From: Lingula anatina
Lineage: Eukaryota; Animalia; Brachiopoda
Direction of reading: 5' to 3'
NCBI GenBank assembly: GCA_051362555.1
Contig: CM120643.1
Location: 1,550,001 to 1,614,000, forward strand
DNA length: 64,000 nucleotides
A model generated the notes under the pieces. That model worked only from the letters and a program-made list of their open reading frames with translations, was not told the origin of the DNA and made no database searches. Below are positions 51,495 to 64,000 of this stretch, in pieces. Position numbers and translations under genes: made by a program. Position 1 is the first letter of the stretch; the number at the start of each line of letters is the position of its first letter.

Positions 51495-54104
51495 GTAAGT
51501 TACATTTTTCATTAAAATTGCAAACGTGACCGAATATGAAGACGAAGATTTATCGTTGATGACATTAACCTAGGTGTTGGCAAGAATGTCATTCTGCTTC
51601 AGCATTTAACTAGTTTGGTCATAATACGCTACTGTATTACAGAGATTATATTATCAAGTATTATATTATCAAGAATTATGTTGAGCTTTAAAGTTCTCAA
51701 AAGTGTGTTTTACGTACAATTTACACCAACATTAGCACTTTTCGGTGAAGCCGGTTGGATGTTACTAGTTTACATTCAATGGATGTTCATAATTAGATAC
51801 TGGAATGGATTTATAACCATGGATAACAATAGACTTACCAAGAGATTGTTTGAGTAATTAGAGATAACGCATGGGGAAATGATCCAATTATACAAGGAAA
51901 AAACAATATTCTGAAAAAGCCAATTAACACTAAGAATATATGTGCTTTTCGAAAAGCACCTTCAGATGTGAGTGACATGTTAGGCTGTCTATGGGTAAGA
52001 CATTAAGAACAGCACTATGCCAATTTAGAAGCGGGATACTGCCGCCGAGGCTTCGTCCCGCCTTTGCACATTCAGGCCTACCCAACTACCAGACTCGGCA
52101 CACAAGGATCCTGAATTAACCGGTATATCGGACCACACTACCCGAATTATATACTGGAATAGATTAATAGTCATGGATAACAATAGGGCTACCAAGAGAC
52201 TGTTTGATTACGTAGACTTAGAGCAGGTACATGGGAAATGATCCAATTATACAAGGTGTTATGAAAAACACCTTCAGTTGTGAGTGACATGTTAGGTTGT
52301 CTATGGGTAAGACATTAAGATCAGTACTATGCCAATTTAGATGCGGAATACTGCCGCCGAGGCTTCGTCCCGCCTTTGCACATTGTGTGATAAGAAAATG
52401 GTTGAATATGGCATTCACTTTGCTCTGGACATACGATGTACGATGTAAGTTTCAGGGAGGCTCGGACTGTAATCATGATGACAGTGAAGATTTATCTAAA
52501 ATATCATATACTTAATTGTAAATAAGCCTTAAATCGTGGCAATTTATTTAAAGAACAGTTTGAGATTAAGGTAGTCAGCTCAAGAGTTGAGTGTACCATA
52601 GTTTAAAGTGTTTACTTAGTTATAAATTTCAACCTTAATTATATTTTTTTTTTCTGATATATGTAAAAAGTTCGGTGACTTGTAGGCCCTTGAAGCTGGG
52701 TGATTTGTGTAAGGGTGCAAGGATGGATCCGGGCAGATGTGCTGTCAATGGCAGCTTTTGGATATCCTTTTTTTGTAATATCTTTTTCAATACTGTTGTT
52801 AGTGAACGTGAATACGAAAGGCATTATACCATCGGTTATAAAGCTTTTTAAATATTTTTTTCTTTTTTTTTTTATCAAATTCCTCTTTTGATGTATTATT
52901 TCTTGAGTATGGGATGCACTCACTTTTAATGACATATATAATTTAATGCTAACGGTGGACCTTTTATGGGGGTACTGGAACGTACCCACATTAGTGTTCC
53001 TTTTTCTTTCAAGTTCCCACTGTCCATTTCAGCGCCAATCCCGGCTTGTGAATGCCATGCGCATGGTGATGTCCGCTATGTTACGTGTGATGGAAGAGTC
53101 TTCAAATATAACACCCTGCCCTCAGTCGTAGGTATAATGGCAAAGTCTAAAGGTGGCTGGCTATGGTATATAGCAACAGAACAAATATTCTTTGATGGCG
53201 GTCCGAACACTCGTCTGTCAGTAGTGAAATTCAAGATCTTTTCTTACTACGTGATCGTTGACTACAAAAAGACTTCTAATCCAGATGGACTGTACACAAT
53301 AACGGTAAGTATTCTCATCCTCTTCTCTCTCCATCCTCTGCTCTCTCTCTCTCTCTCTCAGGTCACTTAGTATACTGCTTCCAGTAGGTAAGAACTTTGC
53401 CTGCATTTCGTGGGCAATTTAGCAACATAAAATGTTGTACACGTGCTCAATGTGCAGTTTTTATATATGGTTGACAAAAGACGATTCCCATGTATTCTCA
53501 CATTGCCTCCTACAACAAATTTGTATTACCGTAAGTGGATTTTTTAATGTTTGTTACTTCGAAAACGTTAAATATCGTATGATAATTATATCCAATTATT
53601 TCTTCCTTGTTAATATTTCTTCTATGTGTGCAACACTATTATGAATTTGATTGAAATATGTTGACCACCACCTTGCCACCCTCTGACTGGACCTATCATG
53701 GACACACACACTTTTTGTTTATTATCATGATAAGATATCAATGTCGAAATTTTATCTCATTGCAGGTGGGATCTGAATTTATACCTGGTATGATGATGCA
53801 GGTTGGTTCTGTGAGCCTTGGTCCTGCTGGGGTACCTGGTGTTTTGTTCGAAGGGGGCGGTTTAAAAGTATCGGTAATTGACGTAGATGGCGATTTGTAC
53901 ATTGAGGTTAGTTGCACGCTCCTACCACCTGTCCTGTTCGACATTAGGATACGTGTCGCCAGACATTGTCTCCAGATTCACATTCCTCCGATCTGGTCTG
54001 GTTTCATGGAAGGGATATGCGGAGATTGGAACGGATTTCCAGCAAACGATGTTGTCGCTCTTGTAGGCTCTCCACAGGTGGAACCTGCACCGTTTCAACC
54101 GTAA
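51308..54104 (+). CDS. Secreted single VWD-like domain protein, paralog B; join(51308..51494,53033..53304,53766..54104), ~265 aa
   Basis: Exon sizes 187, 272 and 339 nt (A: 187, 272, 342), same phases and splice sites as paralog A, uninterrupted frame, VWD motifs CECHAHGDVRYVTCDG and GICGDWNGFPAND. Confidence 0.85.
51600..52580 (+). mobile_element. Decayed LINE 3' fragment in intron 1 of paralog B (with local internal duplication)
   Basis: ALFGEAGW..RYWNG..MDNNRLTKRLFE; the CQFR(S/C)GILP segment is present twice. Confidence 0.65.
53033..53304 (+). CDS. Paralog B coding exon 2 (VWD-like, N-terminal half)
   Basis: Acceptor ccatttcag ending 53032, donor gtaagt at 53305, open frame. Confidence 0.85.
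53766..54104 (+). CDS. Paralog B coding exon 3 (VWD-like, C-terminal half)
   Basis: Acceptor cattgcag ending 53765, open frame to TAA at 54102-54104. Confidence 0.85.
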   Translation: MGSEFIPGMMMQVGSVSLGPAGVPGVLFEGGGLKVSVIDVDGDLYIEVSCTLLPPVLFDIRIRVARHCLQIHIPPIWSGFMEGICGDWNGFPANDVVALVGSPQVEPAPFQP

Positions 54105-56468
54105 CAGCAAGCGACGTCGATGACGTAAGTAGATTTTATCTAATTGTGTTTTATCTGGCATATGTGTAAATAAAACATACAATATTGCTGAAGTTAATAT
54201 CTCTCTATCCCTACTATAACTACTACTACTACTACTACTACTACACACACACACACACACACACGCGGCATCCCCCAGGAAACGTTTTTACTAAAAACTT
54301 ATTTCGCACCCAACTCATCAGATTAGATAAAACATTAATTTTACATAAGTAAATTCTCTACCAAAATCATGACAGAGGTCTACAAATATACATTCTTTGT
54401 TCCATTTTTCTTAAAACCAGGATGTTATTCGATGACCCATGGCGTGATGACCAACCAAGCAACCAACTCTCTACAAGCTGCGTCTTCTTTTTCCAGTCAT
54501 TGATGTTGATGTGGATCACGGGGAGCACTGGACGCCATTTCATGTTTCACAGCTTTTTTACTTGGGTTACCAATTAGACTTTTCAAACCCTATTCCCAGG
54601 GCAAAATTCGCATTTTGACTTATAGGATTGAGAAAAAAGTGATTATTTGACTTCCTCACTTCTTGTTCTTTGGTGAACGTCCATTGGAGAATCGAAAAAA
54701 CACAAAAAGGAACAGAAATCATGGACAACAAAACTGAAATTTGTGGGGGTGCATGCGATTTTTTCGGTTCTACGAGTACTATTCTTATTTTTTGTTTTGT
54801 TTTGTTTTTAATTTTAACATTGATGGAGGTTTTTAATGTCTTGAAGTGCAATTTCTTGCATGTGGATTTTTGTAAAGAGGTTGAATTATTCAGTTTGCCT
54901 TAACAGGTACATTATTTTGTGTTGTAAACAAATTCAGGGAAATCTCCTAACACAAGACTGACCATGACTGAGAAAAACACATTTGGCACTTAAAACAAAG
55001 GCAATATGTCGCAAGAGAAAAATAATACTTTTAGTATTTTTTATAATTTTCACAAGTTCTGTTCGATGGTTTTCATCTGGTGAAGTACAGTGGAAACGTG
55101 ATTTAAATTGGGTACGATGTAGTAACAGTAGCTTCAAAATGACTGAACGTTTTAAATTTTTATTTATATTTCTCTTCCATTCGTTTCGCCGTGCTTGTGG
55201 CTTAAAATCGTTATTAAATGGTATAAATGATATCAAATATCTGAAGTTTGTTTTAATTATGTTAAAGGGGTAAATTAAGAAAATCCGTAGATATTTTTTA
55301 TAATTAGTCTAATCTCTTTAAATTATAAAAACAGACCCAAAGCATCATGTACAAAGTAAGTCCTTTCGATACAATGCCTGTCACTGGTTCTGTGACGGAT
55401 TTCTTTTTTTTTTTTTTTTAGGGAGGGCTAGGATGCAACATAATGTTGGATGTTTGGGGAGGGGAGGGTTACAAGCAGCCCGTTAAAGGATAATAGCAAA
55501 ATCAGCTGAAAAAAAGTGAAAAAAGTGAAACTTTTAAGCATCACTTTGAAAAAAAAGTGCAAAAAGTTAAAATTTTAAGCATCGCTTTGATGAAATCACT
55601 ATAAAGAAAAAAAAACAGTAAAAACTGAAGAAAGAAACGTTAATAATAAACCAAATACACCCTCTTCCATTTTCCAAATAAATCATGATCCAAGCAGCTG
55701 AGGTTTGAAAAACTACTTCACGCGAATACAACAATGCAGTGGCGGATTTAGGGGGGTGTAAGGGGGGACCTGACCTCTCATCGATTTCTGGTCCCCTCTT
55801 GAAATTAGACCTTTGACTAGCTGAATCATAATCCCAAGCCATACTAATGACAACGTTATGACAGCCCTTTCAGCGGGCCCCGAACCCCACGCCAAGTAAG
55901 GGAGGGAGGGTCGGCTGCGCATCCGCGAATGCGCTTCATTTATTCAAGTTGATTTTTTTCAATATATAGATATATCAAATAAGGGAAAGATGTACCGTAT
56001 ACATAACTTTAAAAAGAGGGAAAGATAGATACATTGATTTTTTTTTAATAATTGTAATCGACTGTTAGTCATAATCTTAACTGTTGTCGTTGTCTGGGAG
56101 AAAACATTCTCGAAAAAAAAGGGTGGGTGGTACGTGATAGCTACGTATAGTAATGCCTGAATCCAGCCTTACCAAAAGGCCGTAGGAACCACTGGTATAT
56201 GGCAACTGAAGCTGGCAACATCGTTAGTGTTCTGTTTATTGTTAATTCCAAAGCTTTCGATCACTTTGATCATTCCCTGTTCATTTTAATTAAACTTAAC
56301 TAAAAACCATGGGCTTACATAATGTAATTGTTCGCTGGATTGCCACATTCCTCAATAAAAGACGACAGCGAGTCAAACTTGGTCAAATCAGATCGGAGTG
56401 GCAGTACTTAAATGGTTCGGTACCTCAAGGATCATGACTGGGTCCATTGCTCTTTGTCCTAATGATAA

Positions 56469-59400
56469 TAGTCCGTGGGCCAAATACCGAAACCCTCCCC
56501 CCCCTTAGTGATTTTCGTTCACTATGTTTTTCTGATAGCTTAGGTCCTTAGCTTTTATTTTCTGCTTGTTTGCCATTAAACTGGTGGTGGGTGTGTGTGC
56601 TACAGCCGTTGCCATGGTAACACACGGGTTAAAAATTGACATTTCTGAGCCCAACAAAATCTAAAATATTTCAAATACATAAACTAAATAGAATTCAAAA
56701 TCATTCTAGACATGTAGTCTAAGATGTGCACTATACCTAACGATGAACAAAATTTTCCAAGATGGCGGCAAATCCAAGATGGCGGCCAATTTTTGCTGTT
56801 TTTTCAGAAATTTTGATAATTTTTAATTTTTTAATTCTTATTTAATTATTAAAGAATTGCAATATCTGAGATATTTTGATGCACCAGTGTAGCATGGAAT
56901 CTCTACTTTCTGCCTGTAGTGTTTGTTCAAGGTGCAATCTTTTTATTGAGATGAAAAATCCTGAAAACCAACATGGCTCCCACAAAACAAGTCTTTTACG
57001 TGTAGCTGTCCTGTCTGGAAATATGACAGATTTATCATCCCAAAATAAGTTCTTCATTCCTTTTGGTGCACTGAATATAAAAACAGAACCCTTTTCAATT
57101 ACTTGACTTAATTTGGATTACAGTATGGCTTTCAAAATTCAAAATGGCCACCAATGACCGTGAATTTACATATTTGTAACCAGTAGACTAAAATATGACA
57201 GCAATATTCCTAATTTTATCTTAAGTTTGGATGAATACTTATGTTTTAATAGTGCTGATCACTACTAGATAAGTGGTCATGTAAAATGATTAAAAAAAAG
57301 AAAGATCAAATGGTCAACAATAACCTAGACTAGATAAAAGGCCTATAATACCCCCCAATAAATGCAAGTCACTCACATTTGACCTAAGAAATCACACAAA
57401 GTTTCATGCACGTGCTAATCACTCACATTTGACATGGGAAAGAATACTTTTGAGTTGAAATACTAATGTATTCTGTCGCATTTGAAAGAAATGGCTGTCA
57501 ATGAGTATAGAGGACTATATATTTATGGTCAACATGATACACTCTTACTAAAAAATTGATAGAAAATTGTATTCGAAAAGAATGTTACTTAGATTGATTT
57601 TATTAACCTGAATCCCCCTTTAGTGACTTTTATTTACTATTATATATCGCTTACCTCCTAAGATCCCATTTCCTGCTTGTTTTCTATTCTATTAACCCAG
57701 CCATTGCCATACTAACACAGGGGTTCGAAAATGACATTTCTGAGACTAAGAAAATTTCATAAATTTCAAATATATTAACTTGAATAATATGAAGTCAAGA
57801 TCGTGAACATTTGTAATATGGTCTACAAGTATTTAAATTATCGTGCGGTAGATGGCTGAAATTATTTGATCATCTCTTACCATTTATTGGGCTAGTTTAA
57901 TGACACAAAATAGTCTGATTTTGAGTGAAAGGCAACTAGTTTGCAAATATAGATGGCGATTTTGCATTTCTATACAATTATATTTTAAGTAAAATGTTAT
58001 AAAAAATTAAATTATATATTCAGTTGAAGTTAGTGGATATATTGATTTTTCCAAAACGTGGATATAATTTTACCTCTCTAGCAGTTTGAAGCTGAGTTAT
58101 GGCATATACATGTAAATGTTTTATTCCATTTATTCATATAGATGAACACCATCTTAGATTGTAACAAAAACTCAGTTTCAGAGGTAACAGCAAATTTTAA
58201 TTGGCTTTTCAGTGAACATTCTTCATTAAAAAAGACTACAGCCAAGACATTTCATCCATTTCCAAAAAGCCTTAATCCTAAATATTTAACTAAATATGGA
58301 CAAGTGTTTCCGTGAAAGCAGTGTTGAAAGGGCATATTTGATTATAATTAACTGCACAAAATTTAGAATTATTTGTTTGTTGCACTGTTTAATATTATTG
58401 CACTAAAATTCATACCTGCACTGTCATGGCCATTTGTGGCCATGGTGAATTTTGGAATAGCCAAGTAAATATAATTTGGCTGAAAATGAATAGAAATGAT
58501 TTATATTTAGATAATATCCTAATAGGTTAATTCAGTTTATCAGAAAGAGCAAAAGAGGCATTTTGAAACGAAAATGTAATATATATTCGGTCAGCACAGC
58601 AATATGTATGAACCCTGTTTTGTGATGGCCACCATGGGTTTCAGGTTTTATTACACTTAAAAAAGAGGATATAGGAGTAACAATCACTGTAAACAGTAAT
58701 TATGCAATTCTGTTCATATCAGCATATCCAAAAACCTAACATTTTTCAATTCCAATGCTGCTTTCAAAGTTTACAAAAAGCTACTTTCAGTAATAAGAAG
58801 AAAATTAACATAAATCTATCGTCATCTTGGATTGGCTGCCATTTTGGCAATTTAACTATGATAATTTTTTTCAAATAATTTTATTGATAACTGAGGTCCA
58901 AATCTAATTTTTTTAAAAAGTTTACAATACAGCGAGTTCATATATTTGAAATACATGGCAATTTAAAGGTCTCAGAAATTATAATTTTAAAACCCCTGTG
59001 TTACTATGGCAACAGCTGAATCTGTCACACCTTTCACCTATTACATGGCAAACAAGCAGAATATTTGAACTTAGGTCACAAGCTATCAGAAAATCATAGT
59101 AAATAAAAATTGCTAATAGGGCTGAGCTAGCTTGAGTTTATTAAATTTTATTTTGTATTGGAATAATGTATTATATCATTTCATGTGTAAGCAAATTGGC
59201 CGCCATTTTGAATTTCGAAAGTCATAATGCAATCTGAATTAACACAATTTATAGAAAAGGGTCCTAGGTCCATATTCAGTACACCTAAAAGTAATAAAGA
59301 ATGTAATTTGGGATGATTAATGTGGCATCTTTCCAGTTAGGACAGCCGTATGTAAAAGACATGTTTTGTGGCAGCCACCTTGGATTTCAGGATTTTACGT

Positions 59401-60615
59401 CAAAGTTAAAAGGTTACATCTTCAACAAGCACTTTAGGCAGACAGCAGAGGCTTTTTACCATTATGGAACATCAAAACACATGCCACATTGCAATTTCTT
59501 AATAATTAAATAAAAACTCAAATATAAAAAAATTCCCAAAATTATTAAAAAATGAGCAATAATTGGCAGCCATCTTGAATTTGCTGCCATCTTGGGACAT
59601 TTTGATGATTGTGAAGTATAGCACACTTCTTAATTTACACATCTGGTATAATTGTGAATTCCATGATTTGAAATGCATTTGAAATATTTAATTTTTATTT
59701 TTGGTCTCAAAAATATCAATTTTCAACCCCAGACATTACCATGGCAACAGCTCTGTTACTCACACCCACCATCAGTTTAATGGCAAACAAGCAGAAAATA
59801 AAAGCTTAGGGCCTAACCTACCAGAAAATTATAGTAAACAAAAATCACTAATGGGACTAAGTTGGTGGGAGATAATTAAAATTAATATTCTGTTGGCAGA
59901 ATATATTATATCAATTTTAGCCAGTGTGTATAAGCATATTGGCGGCCATTTTGAATTTTGAAAGTCTTAATGTAATCAGAATTAATGCAAATTGTTTTAA
60001 AAAGTCCTAAGTTCGAATTCAGTTTATTAAAAGTAATAAAGAATGACACTTTGATGATAAATCTGGCATCTTTTCAGTTGGGACAGCAGACTTATATTTT
60101 AGCCACCATTTTGGATTTCAGGATTTTACAACAAAATTAAAAGGTTTCATCTAAAATAAATACTGTAGGTAGCAAGTAGAGACTGTATGCTATTCCGGCG
60201 CATCAAAACATATCCCACATTCTTATTCCTTTATTATTGAATAAAGACTCATATATGAAAAATAATTGAAATTACTCAAAAATTAGCAAAAATTGGCCGC
60301 CATCTTGAATTTACAGCCATCTTGGAATATTTTGAGGATCATAAAGTATAGTGCAGCTCTTAAACTATACATCTGAAAGGATTTTGAATTCCATTCACTT
60401 AACACATTTGAATAATTTAATATTTTTTTGGTCTCAGAAATTTCAATTTTAAATCTCAGACGTTACCATGGCAACGGCTGTAGCACACACACCCACCACC
60501 AGTTTAATGGCAAACAAGCGGAAAATCAAAGCTTAGGACCTAAGCTATCAGAAAAACATAGTGAACGAAAATCACTAAGGGGGGGGGAGGGGGGTCTACA
60601 TTGGCCCATAGACTA
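56469..60615. mobile_element. Second (inverted) copy of the Academ-like element (4.15 kb)
   Basis: Reverse complement of 12239-16843 with a ~460-bp internal deletion; TSD TAA (56466-68 and 60616-18); empty site gaTAAacg at ~40750 in duplication unit A. Confidence 0.9.
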
Positions 60616-62866
60616 TAAGCGATGTACATCTACCTCCTGGCGAATCTCTGTGCCATAAGTACATGTATATGGGTGACACAACAGTTTCTAAAATCCGTAG
60701 ACAATTTGATGAAAGAAAATTACAGGAAATTACTGACACAACATTAGACTGATCTAGGACAAACAATATGCGATTAAGCAGGAAAAAACATGCCCATACC
60801 ATTTGAACGCAAGAATGCAGATATCCCTAAGATCGTGATTGACAAACAGATATTGAATTTATAGAATCATTTAAATTGCTTGGAGCATCTAAAGACCTCA
60901 CAAGGAAGGTACATGTAGAGAAAATTACCAAAAAAGCAAGCAAAAGGAGTTTTGTACAGCACCTGAAGTGTGCAGGACTTACAACTGATAACCTGGTAAC
61001 TTATTACCAGGGCCATAAGGCCAGTTTTAGATCGCCAAGGGGATTATCGCTTGATTGCAATTAAGTTAAGTGGCTTAGTTGTCTGTCACGCCTACTGAAG
61101 CTGATAGGGATAATTAAATGTCGTTTTAGAGCTTAAGTTGGCGTCCCAGATATCTAAGTCACTTAAGCTGAAAGCGATTTAGCGAGAAACCCAGTGGAGA
61201 TGGACAGATAGATCTAGGGATGGGAACCCAGTTCTAGAATATTCTGTCTAGGACTTGGAGTTAACAAATGAATCCTAGTAGAACAGTCTCAAGAAAGAGC
61301 TCTTAAGATTCTGATCTTGAAATTTGAACAGTTGAGTGAAAGACGGCTGAATGCTCGCAAAAATTGTTTATAAGGATATCAAATGAACCGGATCGTAAAT
61401 TTATCTTTTACAACCAAAACAAAATAACAAACATTAAGGGAACAGGAGACATTCAAAAGACTTTTTAACCAGTGCCAGATCTATCTTGGCGAGGATGAAA
61501 TAACATGCATGAACAAGGACAAACAAAACATGTACACGAACAATCAAAACTTGAAAGTAAATATAGTTCCAGACTTATGTAGGCACTACCCGTAAAAGCA
61601 GTGTCAGGCAGACCATCATGTACATATGCATTAAATTATCATTTATCACTGCAGAAATGAATTTATTTTAACACTGAATGAATATAATGCACACACCGTG
61701 AATAAATAGGCACAGGAACAACGTTGAACCATAACCTAGATAATACGTTGGATAAACATTGGATTTGAAAGTTGACTCAACGTCAGATAACAACATTGTA
61801 TTAACCCCAGTTGTTAGAGAACATTCTTGCATGAAAAGACATTAAAATGACCTGAAATGTTTTTATTTTTGGTACAAAACACAGGTACACAATTATAAGG
61901 TACACTGTAAAAACATCCAAGTGACTGCTTTGTCTGATTGTTTCAACGCATTTAGCTCCTAAGCATGTTTTGCACCTAAGCATGGAACACCCTTTTAGGC
62001 TGCGTTCACATGAAAAATCTATTTTCTAAAAATCTAAAAAGAGATTTGCGGTGATCACGGCCTGTGCCCTGAATATCCCGCTGCGTAATTACTGGCAGCG
62101 CCGAGAATTAATTACAGCTTGAAAGTAACTGAAAGTAACTGAAAGTAACTTTGAAAGTAACTGGCCTTTATTTTATAATGGAATGTCAAATTATGCTATT
62201 TGGAACAGAGAGTCAAATATTGCTAAAAAAAAAACTTCCACCATTATTTGCCAGTCTAAACAGTGTTAAGTAAGATAAAAATACAAAAATTAAAATAGTC
62301 ATTACATGCTAATATATATGCTTCATCACTCTCTTTCAAATGTTAGTAAAATGAATAAGGAGAGCCAGACTGAGCTGAGACTGCATGCTTAATCCTATAT
62401 ACTACTACAGGCAGTTCAAGAGGAACACTGTGAATGATTCCGTTCTCTTTAATATGACTTTTATCTTTTTAAAATATGCAAGTATTCAGGACAACGAGAG
62501 ACCAGAGATCCCAACTCTAACAGAATTTGTTTAAGGATAATAATTAATAATCATTATCCTTAAAAAATCTGAGAGTCTAGATCGATCAGTGCTGGATGGA
62601 AGTCAGATAAATTCGCGTTGTAAGAAACTAAATGTGCAAAGGGATAAATATGTTACTAAATAACACAACTGCCAAGAGATAATATTGATATATAGCGTAT
62701 CTTATAGTAATTGACAAATTTCCAACGTCTCATACGTTCTCGGTATACATCGAAAATATACACGGTTGAGAAAAAAAATTGATTTATTTTAAAACAGTCT
62801 TCGTAAACAAAATAACATCGAGCTGGCGTTTACGTGCGAATGGTCCACCTATTGCTGGAAGCAGGG

Positions 62867-62867
<1 letters not shown>

Positions 62868-62918
<51 letters not shown>
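62868..62918. repeat. (TA)n microsatellite
   Basis: Directly visible. Confidence 0.95.
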
Positions 62919-62922
<4 letters not shown>

Positions 62923-63049
62923 TGGATTTACTATCTTTCTTCTTCTTTGTGGAATTTTTTAACAGAAGTCAGGGTTTTATGGGCATGTACCTTGTGAATA
63001 TACAGATGAATAAATCATACGGTTGTTTAGTATCAAATGCCTTCTTTTG

Positions 63050-63640
63050 AAGAATTTAAAATTTCATGTCGCATAATTATTTACTGTATTCCCTAAGAAT
63101 ACAGATTGTGGGGTAGGCGAAATGCAATTTCACTTATACTGCTCAGACAATATTTTTCTTATCACTTTTATGTATATTTGATTAAGAATATGATTCAGTT
63201 AACAATTTTTCTTGTTTGTTTTTATTTGAATAATTGTTTGTTTGTTTTTTTCACTTTGACGATATGTCACATTTTCTGTTTCATATTATTCGTTTATTAA
63301 TCTTTACTGTAGACAGGAATTTACACGAATTCTTTTAATGAAACTATTTTTGTGGTTGTGTAGTACTGGTTTTCTTGTTTGTTCCAGTGAGGGTATTTTT
63401 ATTTGACATACATTTCATCATTAATGACATATTATACGTATGCTAGTAGATTTTCAAATTTAAATATTGTGTGTATGGGGCTGTTTTCATTTCTATAGTA
63501 TAGCTTTGCCTCATTCATAATAAAGGTTGCAAAAAGGTAGTAATTACTGACATTATTTTTGAAAAAGAAATCATGGAAAAGAGAAAAATATAGCAATGTT
63601 ACTTTAAGGGAAATGATAAACGTCAGCAAATCTCCAATTC
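63050..63640 (+). repeat. Direct copy of 26365-26945 and ~27050
   Basis: ccctaagaatacagattgtgg..gcgaaatgcaatttcacttatact and the following ~550 bp are collinear. Confidence 0.8.
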
Positions 63641-64000
63641 TCTAATACAAGAGCTGGAGACGCCACGTGCTCATGTCAAAAATAATTATGTTTGAAAATA
63701 TAGGAAAACAGATTTGAAAACGAACGAAATGTCTTCGGATAAAATGCGAGGGTGGAAGTCTCAGTTTAGATATCAGTCAATAAAGGGTCGCAGGGGTTAA
63801 AATAAAATCGATCATTGTATAGCAAGTTGGGGATCTAACAGGTAGGGGCGACACAGTGGGAGGGTCCAGATGGTTACAATCATCCTGTTTATGGTATCTT
63901 CACTGGAGGATCCGGAGGAAGTAGCAGCAGTGGAAAAGTAGGAAAAGAAATAAGAGAATCCACCCTTGCAAATCATACAACTAATGCAGTCGCCGCCAGC

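Larger units (their letters stand above)
47960..62040 (+). repeat. Segmental duplication unit B (contains VWD gene B)
   Basis: Direct copy of 30945-42100; carries an extra 4.1-kb element at 56469-60615 and lacks the Tc1-containing segment. Confidence 0.9.

Noticed and set aside
47960-62040. Unit B as an uncollapsed allelic haplotype of unit A
   Set aside because: Three-way repeated spacer sequences, ~39 aa differences and a non-homologous intron core favour true tandem paralogy. It cannot be fully excluded without read depth in a highly heterozygous genome.

Overview
AT-rich, repeat-dense eukaryotic DNA with spliceosomal introns; the transposon families suggest an invertebrate animal, but the species cannot be identified from the sequence. 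It is not prokaryotic, and most ORFs in the supplied track are spurious. The only well-supported genes are two tandem paralogs on + (34459-38375 and 51308-54104). Each has three coding exons encoding a ~265-aa secreted protein: signal peptide, acidic/Pro-rich linker, then a single divergent von Willebrand factor type D (VWD)-like domain. They sit in an ~11-14 kb tandem duplication, and the last kilobase of the window hints at a third unit beyond it. Promoter and exon 1 are nearly identical between paralogs, while the VWD exons carry ~39 amino-acid changes, with a clear nonsynonymous excess in exon 2, suggesting a diversifying secreted protein family. The rest is a triplicated ~3 kb non-coding block, two copies of a ~4.1-4.6 kb Academ-like foldback element, CACTG/EnSpm-type elements, Harbinger and other MITEs, a Helentron-type HINE, a probable solo LTR, decayed Tc1, Tx1/L1 and CR1/L2 fragments, and 59-, 68- and 109-bp minisatellites. 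All alignments and counts were done by eye.
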